This document shows positions 1 through 10,321 of a stretch of DNA of 20,000 nt, piece by piece. Numbering within the stretch: position 1 is the first letter of the stretch; every line of letters starts with the position of its first letter. Source of the stretch: Piedraia hortae CBS 480.64. Taxonomy: Eukaryota. The translations under genes were made by a program, and so were the position numbers. The notes under the pieces are model-generated. The model made no database searches and had not been told where the DNA came from. It was given only the letters and a program-made list of their open reading frames with translations. The DNA lies in assembly GCA_010093745.1 (NCBI GenBank), contig MU006000.1, positions 115,430 through 135,429 of the forward strand, given 5' to 3'.

Positions 1-1278
1 GTGACGGAGTTGCGCGAAGCCAGAAGAGCCGTCGAAATGAGGCTGCGGGACACCGAGGTGGCCAACGATGACTACGAGCGCCAGGCACGACATACCGAGA
101 GCAGCTTGGAGGACCTCGAGAGCAAGTGCAACGTCGCTATCGAGCGCAGCGTCCTGCTGGACGGTGAGCTGAAACTGAGCGAAAGAGACCGAGAAGCGCT
201 GCGGATCGACAACCAGCGGCTTCGGGATGAGCTGGGAGACCTCCGCGTCGAGAACGACATCACGCTGGACAAATTGCGACTGGCAAACCGGACCGTGGAA
301 CGGTTACGATCGCGCAATATCACCCAGCTGAGCGTGAACCTGCGTCCGCGGAGCCCGGCCAGCGAGATGAGCGGCTTAACGTCGCCAACGGCTTCAACAC
401 CGCCGCCCAAGTCAGACTCCATGTCCGAGGCGCCGACGCCACCGTCTCCACCGCTCTCAGACGTTGCGCCGGCTGCTGCAAAGACACCGTCGCAGCCACG
501 TCCCGCTACTCTGACGCGCTCAGTAGTCCAGACCACGCCTCGTCCCGCAGCCTTCCATGGCCAGCGAGTAACGCGACGCCCTCCGAATCCCTCGGCATCG
601 CACTGCTCAACGTTTTCAGGCCCCAGCGTAGCCGAAGATGGGCTGCCGCGCTCTGACTCGCTCTACCAGATCAAGCAGCTCCGCGGCCGCATGCAGCGCA
701 TCGAGGAGCGGCTGCAATCTGCGCGCTCCAAATTGCCAGCGTCCCGTACCCCAGTCACTTCGCCGGTAGCGGTGTCCCGGGCCGACTCGATCGTGCCCTC
801 TTCCGTTACGGTGCGGAGCAAACCGTCGCTTAGCAGCACAAAGTCATCTGTTACGGGCTCAATCTCAGACGAGCCTGGGGCAGCATTCCCCAGACGCATT
901 GCAAGTGGCTTGCCTCGGCCGTTGTCGACAACAGACAGACCACCAGGCTTGGAGAGGCACCTGTCAGTCTTTAGCCGCACGCAAGGGCCGCTGTCACCAA
1001 CCCCGACGTCACACGTTCGTCGTCCATCCAGTCGCGTGGAGTCGCGACCGCCGGATGACGGGGTCTCGGCAAGCGCAATGCCCGGGCGGCCAAAGAGCGG
1101 CCTGGCCGGCATGTACTCTACAGTCAATTATCCGCCGCGCGGCCACCGCCCCAGCAGCAGCATGTTTGAGCGGAACAGCGTAGCCATTGACCGAAACACG
1201 CCTTCTGCCGCCCAAGGGAAGATGGGCCCGCCACCGCGACGGAAGCCACCCGGAGGAGATGTGGGCGAGACGTTCTGA
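1..1278 (+). CDS. nudE: Nuclear distribution protein NudE/Ro-11 (dynein/LIS1 regulator), 5'-truncated by the window edge
   Basis: The coiled-coil segment RLRDTEVANDDYERQARHTESSLEDLESKCNVAIER...LRIDNQRLRDELGDLRVE matches fungal NudE from memory. It is followed by a Ser/Pro-rich tail with the SLYQIKQLRGRMQRIEERLQSARSKLP helix and ends in DVGETF, stop TGA 1276-1278. The true start lies upstream of the window. Confidence 0.92.
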   Translation: MTELREARRAVEMRLRDTEVANDDYERQARHTESSLEDLESKCNVAIERSVLLDGELKLSERDREALRIDNQRLRDELGDLRVENDITLDKLRLANRTVERLRSRNITQLSVNLRPRSPASEMSGLTSPTASTPPPKSDSMSEAPTPPSPPLSDVAPAAAKTPSQPRPATLTRSVVQTTPRPAAFHGQRVTRRPPNPSASHCSTFSGPSVAEDGLPRSDSLYQIKQLRGRMQRIEERLQSARSKLPASRTPVTSPVAVSRADSIVPSSVTVRSKPSLSSTKSSVTGSISDEPGAAFPRRIASGLPRPLSTTDRPPGLERHLSVFSRTQGPLSPTPTSHVRRPSSRVESRPPDDGVSASAMPGRPKSGLAGMYSTVNYPPRGHRPSSSMFERNSVAIDRNTPSAAQGKMGPPPRRKPPGGDVGETF

Positions 1279-1661
1279 TTGACGGGCTACTTAATCGATT
1301 GAGTGCAGATGGGGCTGTTGATTGATTAATGTGGACAGCCAACTAACGATTGGCGTAAACGATGATCCGTAACCTTTTCCAAAAATATTTCGTCTGACCC
1401 TGGTTCGGTTGACAAGCGCATCCCTCTGTCAAGGCGGCCACGGCTGCAGGAAACTCGGAGATCGTCTGCTCCACATCCCGGGAATCCGCCACGCTCAAGG
1501 TTTAAGGCTCAACGGATTTCATAGTCCTTTATCTCCCCAAACCTAAACACGGTCAGCTTGTAGCCTTTTTCCCCCATCGTCATCCAGTTGAGATCCCCCG
1601 AGTCCCCCCGCCCTCCCGCACTCCCACTCAACTCCCACCACCACCTCACCACTACCCCACT

Positions 1662-1722
1662 ATCACCATCACAATCACAATCACCATCGCCATCGCCATC
1701 GCCATCGCCATCACCATCACCA
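1662..1722 (+). repeat. Imperfect hexanucleotide tandem repeat (CCATCG/CCATCA/CAATCA)n upstream of ACC1
   Basis: Read directly: atcaccatcacaatcacaatcaccatcgccatcgccatcgccatcgccatcaccatcacc, within a C-rich leader. Confidence 0.85.
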
Positions 1723-1765
1723 CTGATTCCCCATCCCCCCCCTCATACAGTCTCCGCCCTCCAAC

Positions 1766-4700
1766 ATGGCTCACGCCGCAGGAGGAGAGACCAACGGGGC
1801 CAACGGTGATGGCTCGTCGCCTAGTTATTCTGCAAAACATCAGATCGCCTCTCATTTCATAGGGGGCAACGAGCTGTCCAAAGCTCCACCGAGCAAAATA
1901 AAGGATTTCGTGGCAGATCACGATGGCCACACGGTAATCACCAACGTAGGCAGCTCCCCACACAAGTCAAAGACCTGTGACAGCTGACATGATAGGTGCT
2001 CATTGCCAACAACGGCATTGCGGCTGTCAAAGAAATCCGATCGGTGAGGAAATGGGCATACGAGACGTTTGGCGATGAGCGAGCCATTCAGTTCACCGTC
2101 ATGGCGACGCCTGAGGATCTTGCGGCCAACGCGGACTACATTCGGCTGGCGGACCAATACGTGGAGGTGCCGGGCGGAACGAACAACAACAACTACGCCA
2201 ATGTAGAGCTTATCGTGGACGTTGCGGAGCGGATGAACGTACATGCGGTGTGGGCAGGCTGGGGACATGCGTCGGAGAACCCGAAGCTTCCCGAGTCTCT
2301 TGCTGCCTCGCCCAAGAAGATTGTCTTCATTGGACCGCCGGGGTCGGCCATGCGGTCGCTCGGCGACAAGATTTCGTCGACCATTGTTGCCCAGCACGCC
2401 GGCGTGCCCTGCATTCCCTGGTCCGGTACGGGTGTGGACGAGGTCGAGGTGGACAAGCAGGGCATTGTGACGGTGGCAGACAGTGTGTATGCCAAGGGAT
2501 GCGTGACTTCGGTGCGAGAAGGGCTCGAGGCAGCGCGCCGCATTGGTTTCCCCGTCATGGTCAAGGCCTCGGAAGGCGGCGGCGGCAAGGGCATCCGCAA
2601 GGTGGAGCGCGAGGAGGATTTTGAGCAGCTCTACAAGGCGGCTGCGAGCGAAATCCCTGGCTCGCCCATCTTCATCATGAAGCTCGCCGGGAGCGCCCGC
2701 CATCTCGAAGTGCAGCTGTTGGCCGATCAGTATGGAAACAACATCTCCATCTTTGGCCGCGACTGCTCGGTTCAGCGTCGTCACCAGAAGATCATCGAGG
2801 AGGCTCCCGTCACCATTGCGAACCAAAGGACGTTCCAGCGCATGGCTGATGCTGCAGTTGCGCTCGGCCGGTTGGTGGGCTACGTGTCGGCCGGGACCGT
2901 GGAATATCTTTACTCCCATTCAGACGATCGCTTCTATTTCCTGGAGCTGAACCCTCGTCTCCAGGTCGAGCATCCAACGACGGAGATGGTTTCTGGCGTC
3001 AACATTCCAGCTGCTCAGCTCATGGTAGCCATGGGAATTCCCCTCCACCGCATCCGTGACATCCGTTTGCTCTACGGCGCTGATCCCCATACCACAAGCG
3101 AGATTGATTTCAGCTTCAGCAAGGAAGACACCTCGCTAAAGCAGCGGCGACCGCAGCCAAAGGGCCACTGCACAGCCTGTCGCATCACATCAGAAGACCC
3201 CGGCGAAGGCTTCAAGCCCTCTTCTGGCACGATGCACGAGCTCAATTTCCGCTCTTCATCCAACGTTTGGGGCTATTTCTCGGTCGGCGCAGCCTCGTCT
3301 ATCCACAACTTCTCAGACTCGCAGTTTGGACACATTTTCGCCTATGGAGAGAACAGGCAGGCGTCGAGGAAGCACATGGTCGTGGCCCTCAAAGAGCTCA
3401 GCATTCGTGGTGACTTCCGCACCACGGTCGAGTATCTGATCAAGTTGCTGGAAACGCCCGCTTTTGAAGAGAACACGATCACGACCAGCTGGCTTGATGA
3501 GCTTATCAGCAAGCGTCTGACGGCCGAACGGCCCGATCCCATGGTTGCTGTTGTTTGCGGCGCTGTGACACAGGCGCACATCAAGAGCGAGCAGTGTCTC
3601 AACGACTATCGGACAGGGCTCGAAAAGGGTCAGGTGCCCAGCAAGGACATCCTGCGCACCGTCTTTCCCATTGAGTTCATCTACGAAGGGTACAAGTACA
3701 AGTTCACGGCCACGCGGTCAAGCAGCGACAGCTACACTTTGTTCATCAACGGCAGTCGTGCCCTTGTCGGCATTCGGCCCCTGTCTGACGGCGGTCTGCT
3801 TGTCTTGCTTGGTGGTCGTTCGCACAACATTTACTGGAAAGAAGAGGTTGGGGCAATCCGTCTTTCAGTTGATGGTAAGACATGTATGCTGGAGCAGGAA
3901 AACGACCCGACCCAGCTGCGCACGCCGTCTCCCGGCAAGCTCGTCAAGTATTCGGTGGAGAACGGCGAGCATGTGAGCAAGGGACAGCCATTTGCTGAGG
4001 TGGAGGTGATGAAAATGTACATGCCGCTATTGGCCCAGGAAGACGGCGTGGTCAATCTGATCAAGCAACCGGGTGCCACGCTGGCCGCAGGTGACATTCT
4101 CGGAATCCTCGCCTTGGATGATCCCTCCAAAGTCAAGTCTGCTCAGCCATTCTTGGGCCAGCTGCCCGAAATGGGCCCGCCCACGGTCCTTGGCACCAAA
4201 CCCCCACAGCAGTTTGCCTATTTGTTCGGCGTCCTTCAGCATATCTTGCAGGGCTACGACAACCAAGCCATCATGGCTCAGACGTTGGGCAGTCTGATTG
4301 AAGTGCTACGTGATTCAGAGCTGCCGTATGGCCAATGGAGCGCCCAAGCATCGGCTTTGCACTCCCGCATGCCGCAGAAGCTCGATGCAGCCCTTGAACA
4401 GATTGTTGAGCGAGCCCACGCTCGTCACAGCGAGTTTCCCGCGAAGCAGTTGAGCAAGGCGGTCGAGCGGTTTATGGCAGAGAACCTGTCAGCCGGCGAT
4501 GCGGAGCTGCTTCGTACCCAGCTGGCCCCTTTGCGCGAGATAGTCGAGAAGTACTCCGAAGGCCTCAGGGCGCACGAGTTCTCGGTCATGGTGGACCTCT
4601 TTGAAGAGTACTACGCCGTCGAGAGCGTCTTCTCTGCGCGCCAAAACCGCGATGAAGAAGTCATCCTTGCCCTGCGTGATGTCAACAAGGACAAGGTTAG

Positions 4701-7700
4701 CAATGTGGTCCAGACGGTCCTGTCTCACACACGGGTCAACGCAAAGAACAATCTTATTGTTGCCATCTTGCAAGCCTATCGACCCAACCAGCCTGGCATC
4801 GGCAATGTCGCCAAGTATTTCCGCCCATCTTTGCATAAGTTGGCCGAACTCGAGGGCCGCCCAACAGCAAAGGTCGCCCTCAAGGCACGAAAATTGCTCA
4901 TTCAGTGTGCCATGCCATCGCTTGAAGAACGCACGACTCAAATGGAGCACATCCTGCGCTCGGCCGTGCTCGAATCGAAGTATGGCGAGAGCGGCTTTGA
5001 ACACCGCGAGCCCAACTTCGAGGTGATCAAAGAGGTGGTTGATTCCAGGTACACCGTCTTCGATGTGCTGCCTCACTTCTTCGTGCACTCGGACCCTTGG
5101 GTTTCGTTGGCCGCCCTCGAGGTCTACACTCGTCGGGCTTATCGTGCTTATCAGCTGACGTCGATCGACTACATGACAACAGGCGATGTGCCCTACGTCT
5201 TGTCTTGGGGCTTTGCCCTCCGTAAGCTTGGCGAATCTGCTTTTGGCTTGCCCATCCAATCGTCGTTCCCTTCGGCGCCTGGCACGCCAGCTGCTGGTGG
5301 ATTCTCTCGCGTGCATTCGCTTGGGGACTTTAGCTATCTAACCCGCGAGGGAACAGCCGGCAACGAAACTGTTAGGAGAGGTGCGGTCGTGCCCGTGAGC
5401 TTCATCGACGAGGCAGATGAATATCTCATGAAGGCGCTCGAGTGCTTCCCTGCTGGCGGCAAGTCCGAGACAGACGGTTTGACGCCAGCTGCGCGTTCTC
5501 CTGGCAAACGCGCTTCCGGTACCACCAAAGCGCCCACATCCGATGAGTTGACGGCCGTGTGCAATGTCGCTGTCCGTGATGCAGAGAGCCTGGACGATGG
5601 CGAGATTCTGAGTCGACTTGTGCCAATCGTAAAGGAGCATCGGGATGAGCTGCTGTCTCGTCGCGTGCGCCGCCTCACATTCATCTGTGGTCACCGTGAT
5701 GGCACTTACCCGGGCTACTATACCTTCCGAGGCCCGTCTTATGCTGAGGACGCCAGCATCCGGCACATTGAGCCTGCTCTGGCTTTCCAGCTGGAACTTG
5801 GGCGTCTGGCAAAGTTCAAGATCAGGCCCGTCTTCACGGAAAACCGCAACATTCACGTGTACGAGGCGGTTGGCAAGCAGGCGGAGAACGACAAGCGATA
5901 CTTCACTCGGGCCATTGTGCGGTCTGGCCGTCTTCGCGAGGACATGCCCATGGCAGAGTACATGATTAGTGAGGCAGACAGGCTGATGAATGACATTATG
6001 GACGCTCTGGAGATTATTGGCAACAACGGATCCGATATGAACCACATCTTCATCAACTTCTCGCAGATGCTGCCGATGCAGCCGGAAGAGGTTGAGCAGG
6101 CATTGGCGGGCTTTCTGGACCGGTTCGGACGGCGCGCCTGGCGACTCCGCGTTACTGGTGCGGAGATCCGGATTGTGTGCCAGGACGTCCAGGGCCAGCC
6201 ATACCCCATCCGCGTCACGATCAACAACACGTCTGGCTTCGTCATCGACGTCGACCTGTACGAGGAGCGCAAGTCCGAGAAGACTGGTGAATGGTATTTT
6301 CACAGCATCGGCGGCTCAAACAAGACGGGCTCCATGCACCTGCGGCCTGTCAATACGCCCTACGAGACAAAGGGCGCCCTGCAGCCGAAGCGGTACAAGG
6401 CTCACATAATGGGCACGCAGTACGTGTACGACTTCCCCGAGCTGTTCCGCCAAGCAGTGGAGAACAGCTGGAAGGCGACGGTAGCTCAGCATCCAAGTCT
6501 GAAGGAGAAGCAGCCGAAGCAGGGCGAGTGCATCGAGTATAGCGAGCTCGTTCTCGATGAAAAGGAGAACCTGCAAGAAGTCAGTCGAGAGCCAGGCACC
6601 AATACGATTGGCATGGTTGGGTGGATCATCACGGCAAAAACGCCAGAGTATCCGCGTGGTCGACGCTTTATTGTCATTGCCAACGACATCACGTTCAAGA
6701 TTGGCAGCTTTGGGCCGCAGGAAGACAAGTTCTTCCACAAATGCTCACAGCTCGCCCGCTCTCTTGGCATTCCACGCGTGTATCTGTCGGCCAACTCGGG
6801 TGCACGTATCGGCATGGCAGAGGAGCTGCTGCCACACTTTTCGGTGGCTTGGAAGGACCCCAAACGGCCCGAAGCCGGGTTCGAGTATCTGTATCTGACG
6901 CCGGAGATGAAGGCGCGGTTCGAAGATGCATCCGTCAAGCACGTTTTGACGCAGCCAATGACCGTAGGCAATGAGACACGCCATGTCATCACCACCATCG
7001 TCGGAGCCGAAGACGGACTTGGCGTAGAGTGCCTTAAGGGCTCTGGTCTCATTGCAGGAGAGACATCGCGGGCGTACGACGACATCTTCACAATCACGTT
7101 GGTGACGTGTCGTTCTGTTGGCATCGGCGCTTATCTTGTGCGTCTTGGACAGCGTGCGATCCAGATTGAGGGTCAGCCCATCATCCTGACGGGTGCTCCG
7201 GCCATCAATAAGCTGCTCGGGCGGGAGGTGTACACGTCTAACCTGCAGCTCGGAGGCACGCAAATCATGTACCGCAACGGAGTCTCACACATGAAAGCCA
7301 ACGACGATTTTGAGGGAGTGTCAAAGATTGTGCAATGGATGTCGTACGTGCCGGATCGCAAAGGCAATCCGGTGCCGATATCGCCATCAACCGATACGTG
7401 GGATCGTGAGGTCAAGTTCTTCCCTCCGCCACAAAAGGCGCCGTACGACGTGAGACACCTGATTGCTGGCCAGGAGACGGATGACGGGTTCTTGTACGGC
7501 CTCTTCGACCGTGGCTCGTTTGAGGAAACTCTTGGGGGATGGGCTCGGACGGTGGTTGTTGGCCGCGCACGTCTTGGCGGGATCCCCGTCGGCGTCATCG
7601 GTGTCGAGACGCGGGCAGTAGAGAACGTGTCGCCAGCGGATCCTGCCAATCCCGATTCGATTGAGCAAGTTACCAACGAGGCTGGAGGCGTGTGGTATCC

Positions 7701-8637
7701 CAACAGCGCGTTCAAGACGGCCCAGGCGATTCGGGACTTCAACAAGGGCGAGCAACTCCCGCTCATGATCCTCGCCAACTGGCGCGGCTTCTCGGGAGGT
7801 CAGCGAGACATGTACAACGAAGTGCTCAAGTACGGCTCGTACATTGTCGACGCACTGGTGCGGTACGAGCAGCCCGTGTTCATCTACATCCCGCCTGGCG
7901 GTGAGCTTCGCGGTGGCTCTTGGGTCGTGGTCGATCCGACGATCAACCCGCAAATGATGGAAATGTATGCCGATGAGGAGTCTCGTGGTGGTGTCTTGGA
8001 GCCTGAGGGAATTGTTGGCATCAAGTACCGCAAGGAAAGACAGTTGGAGACGATGGCTCGGCTGGATGCGGTTTACGGCGAGCTCAAGCGACGTCTGCAA
8101 GACGAGAGCTTCAGTGCGGATGAGCGGTCTGAGGTGCAGGAGGAGATGAGTCAGCGTGAGGCGTTGCTGCTACCAGTGTACCAGCAGATTGCGCTGCAGT
8201 ACTCTGACCTGCATGACCGTGCTGGGCGTATGAAGGCCAAGAACGTTATCCGTTCGCCACTGTCGTGGGCACAGTCGCGTCGCTTCTTTTACTGGCGTTT
8301 GAGGCGGCGGTTGAATGAGGAACAAGTACTCAAGCGAATGGCATCAAGCCAGTCCGAGGAGATCCAGGATCGTTCAGAAGACCTGGCGAGGTTGGCGGTG
8401 TGGTCTGGCATTGGCAAATTTGACAGCGACGACCGGGCGGTGGCTACGTGGTACGAAGATCACCGCAAGACCATCGCGGACAAAATTGAGGAGATGAAGT
8501 CGGAGAAGGTTGCTTACGACGTAGCTTCGTTGTTGCGGAGCGACAAGCAGGGAGGGTTGAACGGAGTGGCCCAAGTGTTACGAATGCTGCCGGTGGAGGA
8601 AAAGGAAGAAGTTCTAAAATGGTTGACCAAGCCGTGA
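1766..8637 (+). CDS. ACC1: Acetyl-CoA carboxylase (multidomain BC-BCCP-central-CT); exons 1766-1945 and 1996-8637, about 2273 aa
   Basis: ATG 1766 in a CAAC context. Splicing gives ...DGHTVITN|VLIANNGIAAVKEIRS. Biotin carboxylase motifs: WAGWGHASENP, KASEGGGGKGIRK, RDCSVQRRHQKIIEE, FLELNPRLQVEH. Biotinylation motif EVMKM (Lys codon 4012-4014). Carboxyltransferase motifs: GLGVECLKGSG, LANWRGFSGGQRDM, GELRGGSWVVVDP. Stop TGA 8635-8637. Confidence 0.98.
1946..1995 (+). other. Spliceosomal intron in ACC1 (50 nt, phase 0)
   Basis: Donor GTAGGC at 1946, branch GCTGAC at 1983-1988, acceptor TAG at 1993-1995. Removal joins ORF 1766 to ORF 1996 in frame and restores the conserved ...TVITNVLIANNG sequence. 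Confidence 0.93.
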
Positions 8638-8728
8638 TTCAATTGTACAGTAGTATATACAGGCGCGTGTGCAGTTTGTCTTGTCCGACTAGTAGTTCAC
8701 CTGTCACACATCTACAAGTCGATACAGC

Positions 8729-8730
<2 letters not shown>

Positions 8731-8792
<62 letters not shown>
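8731..8792 (+). repeat. (TG)31 microsatellite between ACC1 and CSN1
   Basis: Perfect TG dinucleotide run counted from the sequence. Confidence 0.97.
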
Positions 8793-8794
<2 letters not shown>

Positions 8795-8856
8795 GTTTGT
8801 GGGTTCGTGTAGGTATTTCCGCCGCACACATTACAAAGTTTGCACAACTCACCACA

Positions 8857-10293
8857 ATGACAGACGTAGAATCATCAGCAAAGAAAGCGCGATCTCAAAT
8901 GTCACGACCGTCGGGCGCCCCGAAAGGCCTCGACCTTCCAGCGCCGACATTTGAGTTGGAGAGTTGGGCCAAGAACTACCAGAGCGAGCCTAACGAGCAG
9001 CTGCTGGACACCAGGCCGCTGCTAATCCTCCGTCTATGTCGGGTAGCTCTGCACTGTCCTCAGCTGCGTCAGCAGGCGCTGAAAATGGCGCTGGCTACAG
9101 CATTAAGCGGAAGAGACCCCCAGCTCTACCAACGCGTTACGGGTCTGGCGTCGGAGTTGGGCTGCGAGGATATCAGCCAGGTTGACACGGAATGGATCGC
9201 ACAGACGACATCTAACAACGTGCGCGAGATCGGAAGAAAAGAATCCGAGCTGCGCGGGTACAAGAACAACCTCATCCGGGAAAGCGTCCGGATGGGCCAC
9301 GCAGACGTGGCTAAGGAGATTCTCGCCACCGGAGGCCTGTCGACAGAAACTCGGGGAAGTCAGTCGGGCTACCAGGCTGCCTACGACGTATTTGGGTGCA
9401 TGCGGGAGTCGTGCTCCACGCCATCCCATTTGATTTCAATGACCATCAAGATGATGTACGCGGCGTTGCTTATATCCGCCTTTACCCCGTCTTCAACCAC
9501 CGGAACCTGGACCTATGTGCAGACGCACGCATCCAAGCTGCAGACCACCAATGCCAAGACAGATGAGCAGCACCAGGCCATGGCAGCCGGCGGCGTGGCG
9601 CTGGGACTCTGTCACTTGGCGCAAAAGAGCTATGAGGACGCAGCGCAGGCATTTGTCCAAACGTCGACGCGGTACATTAACATGGCACCGATCCACGAAG
9701 TAGACTTTTGCCATTCAATAGCCACAGCTAACGACGTGGCCGTCTATGGCGGTCTCTGCGCACTCGCCACCTTTAGCCGAGCCAAGTTGGCGGAAATGTT
9801 GAACGGTCCCTTTAGGCCCTTCCTGGAGCTGGAACCGCATGTGAGGAAGGCGATATCCCTCTTCACCACAGCCAAATACGAGATCTGTCTGCAATTGCTC
9901 GAACGATATCGTACGGACTGGAAGCTAGACCTCTGGCTCGGTGCAGGTGATAAGGACACCGAGTCCCGCGTCGACACTCTGTTCAAACTGATACGTCAGA
10001 AATGCGTGACCGAATACTGCCGCGTGTTTGAAGACGTCTCGTTATCCTCCCTAGAAGCAAAGTTCCCTCCCCCCGAAGGTGTGACAATGGCAGGCGAAAT
10101 CGAAATGGCCATATTGGACGGACGCGTCGACGCAAAACTAGACCTCGTAAACGGCAGAGTCATCCGCAAGAAACTCAACCGACGCAATAAAGCCGTCGAA
10201 GACGCCCTAACCGAAGCAGCTGAAATCGAAAGAACAATGAGACTACGACTCCACCGCGTCAACGTCGCAATTGCAGGGCTAGAAATTGTATGA
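8857..10293 (+). CDS. CSN1: COP9 signalosome subunit 1 (PCI-domain protein), divergent, about 478 aa
   Basis: ATG 8857 in a CACAATG context. Csn1-type motifs: FELESWAKNY, ESELRGYKNNLIRESVRMGH, ATANDVAVYGGLCALATFSR, FRPFLELEPHVRKAI, and a C-terminal PCI winged helix ILDGRVDAKLDLVN. The ORF-track start at 8734 (CVCV...) comes from the microsatellite. Confidence 0.88.
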   Translation: MTDVESSAKKARSQMSRPSGAPKGLDLPAPTFELESWAKNYQSEPNEQLLDTRPLLILRLCRVALHCPQLRQQALKMALATALSGRDPQLYQRVTGLASELGCEDISQVDTEWIAQTTSNNVREIGRKESELRGYKNNLIRESVRMGHADVAKEILATGGLSTETRGSQSGYQAAYDVFGCMRESCSTPSHLISMTIKMMYAALLISAFTPSSTTGTWTYVQTHASKLQTTNAKTDEQHQAMAAGGVALGLCHLAQKSYEDAAQAFVQTSTRYINMAPIHEVDFCHSIATANDVAVYGGLCALATFSRAKLAEMLNGPFRPFLELEPHVRKAISLFTTAKYEICLQLLERYRTDWKLDLWLGAGDKDTESRVDTLFKLIRQKCVTEYCRVFEDVSLSSLEAKFPPPEGVTMAGEIEMAILDGRVDAKLDLVNGRVIRKKLNRRNKAVEDALTEAAEIERTMRLRLHRVNVAIAGLEIV

Positions 10294-10321
10294 TACAGAC
10301 AGCAAGAAAAAAAAAAGAATC

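Noticed and set aside
1588..1765. Non-AUG mitochondrial N-terminal extension of ACC1, as in yeast HFA1
   Set aside because: An in-frame TGA at 1724-1726 leaves only 13 codons upstream of the ATG. The 1588-1809 ORF is in another frame and is repeat-derived.
5302..5337. ACC1 regulatory loop FSRVHSLGDFSY (Ser codon 5317-5319)
   Set aside because: Corresponds to the known Snf1/AMPK site (yeast Ser1157); expected, not novel.
1918..8574. Long antisense and alternative-frame ORFs inside ACC1 (e.g. 1918-2919, 4489-5316, 5338-6303, 7387-8100)
   Set aside because: Shadow ORFs expected from GC-rich codon bias of a real gene; no recognisable motifs.
8635..8700. Stop-codon readthrough giving a peroxisomal ACC1 isoform
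   Set aside because: The context is TGA-TTC rather than the TGA-CTA readthrough motif, and no nearby PTS1-terminated extension is evident.
8734..8856. CVCVCV N-terminal extension of CSN1, and the HTHTHT/CVCV ORFs at 8619-8954, 8639-8827, 13845-14072 and 14000-14245
   Set aside because: Translation artefacts of the TG/CA microsatellites; a good ATG exists at 8857.
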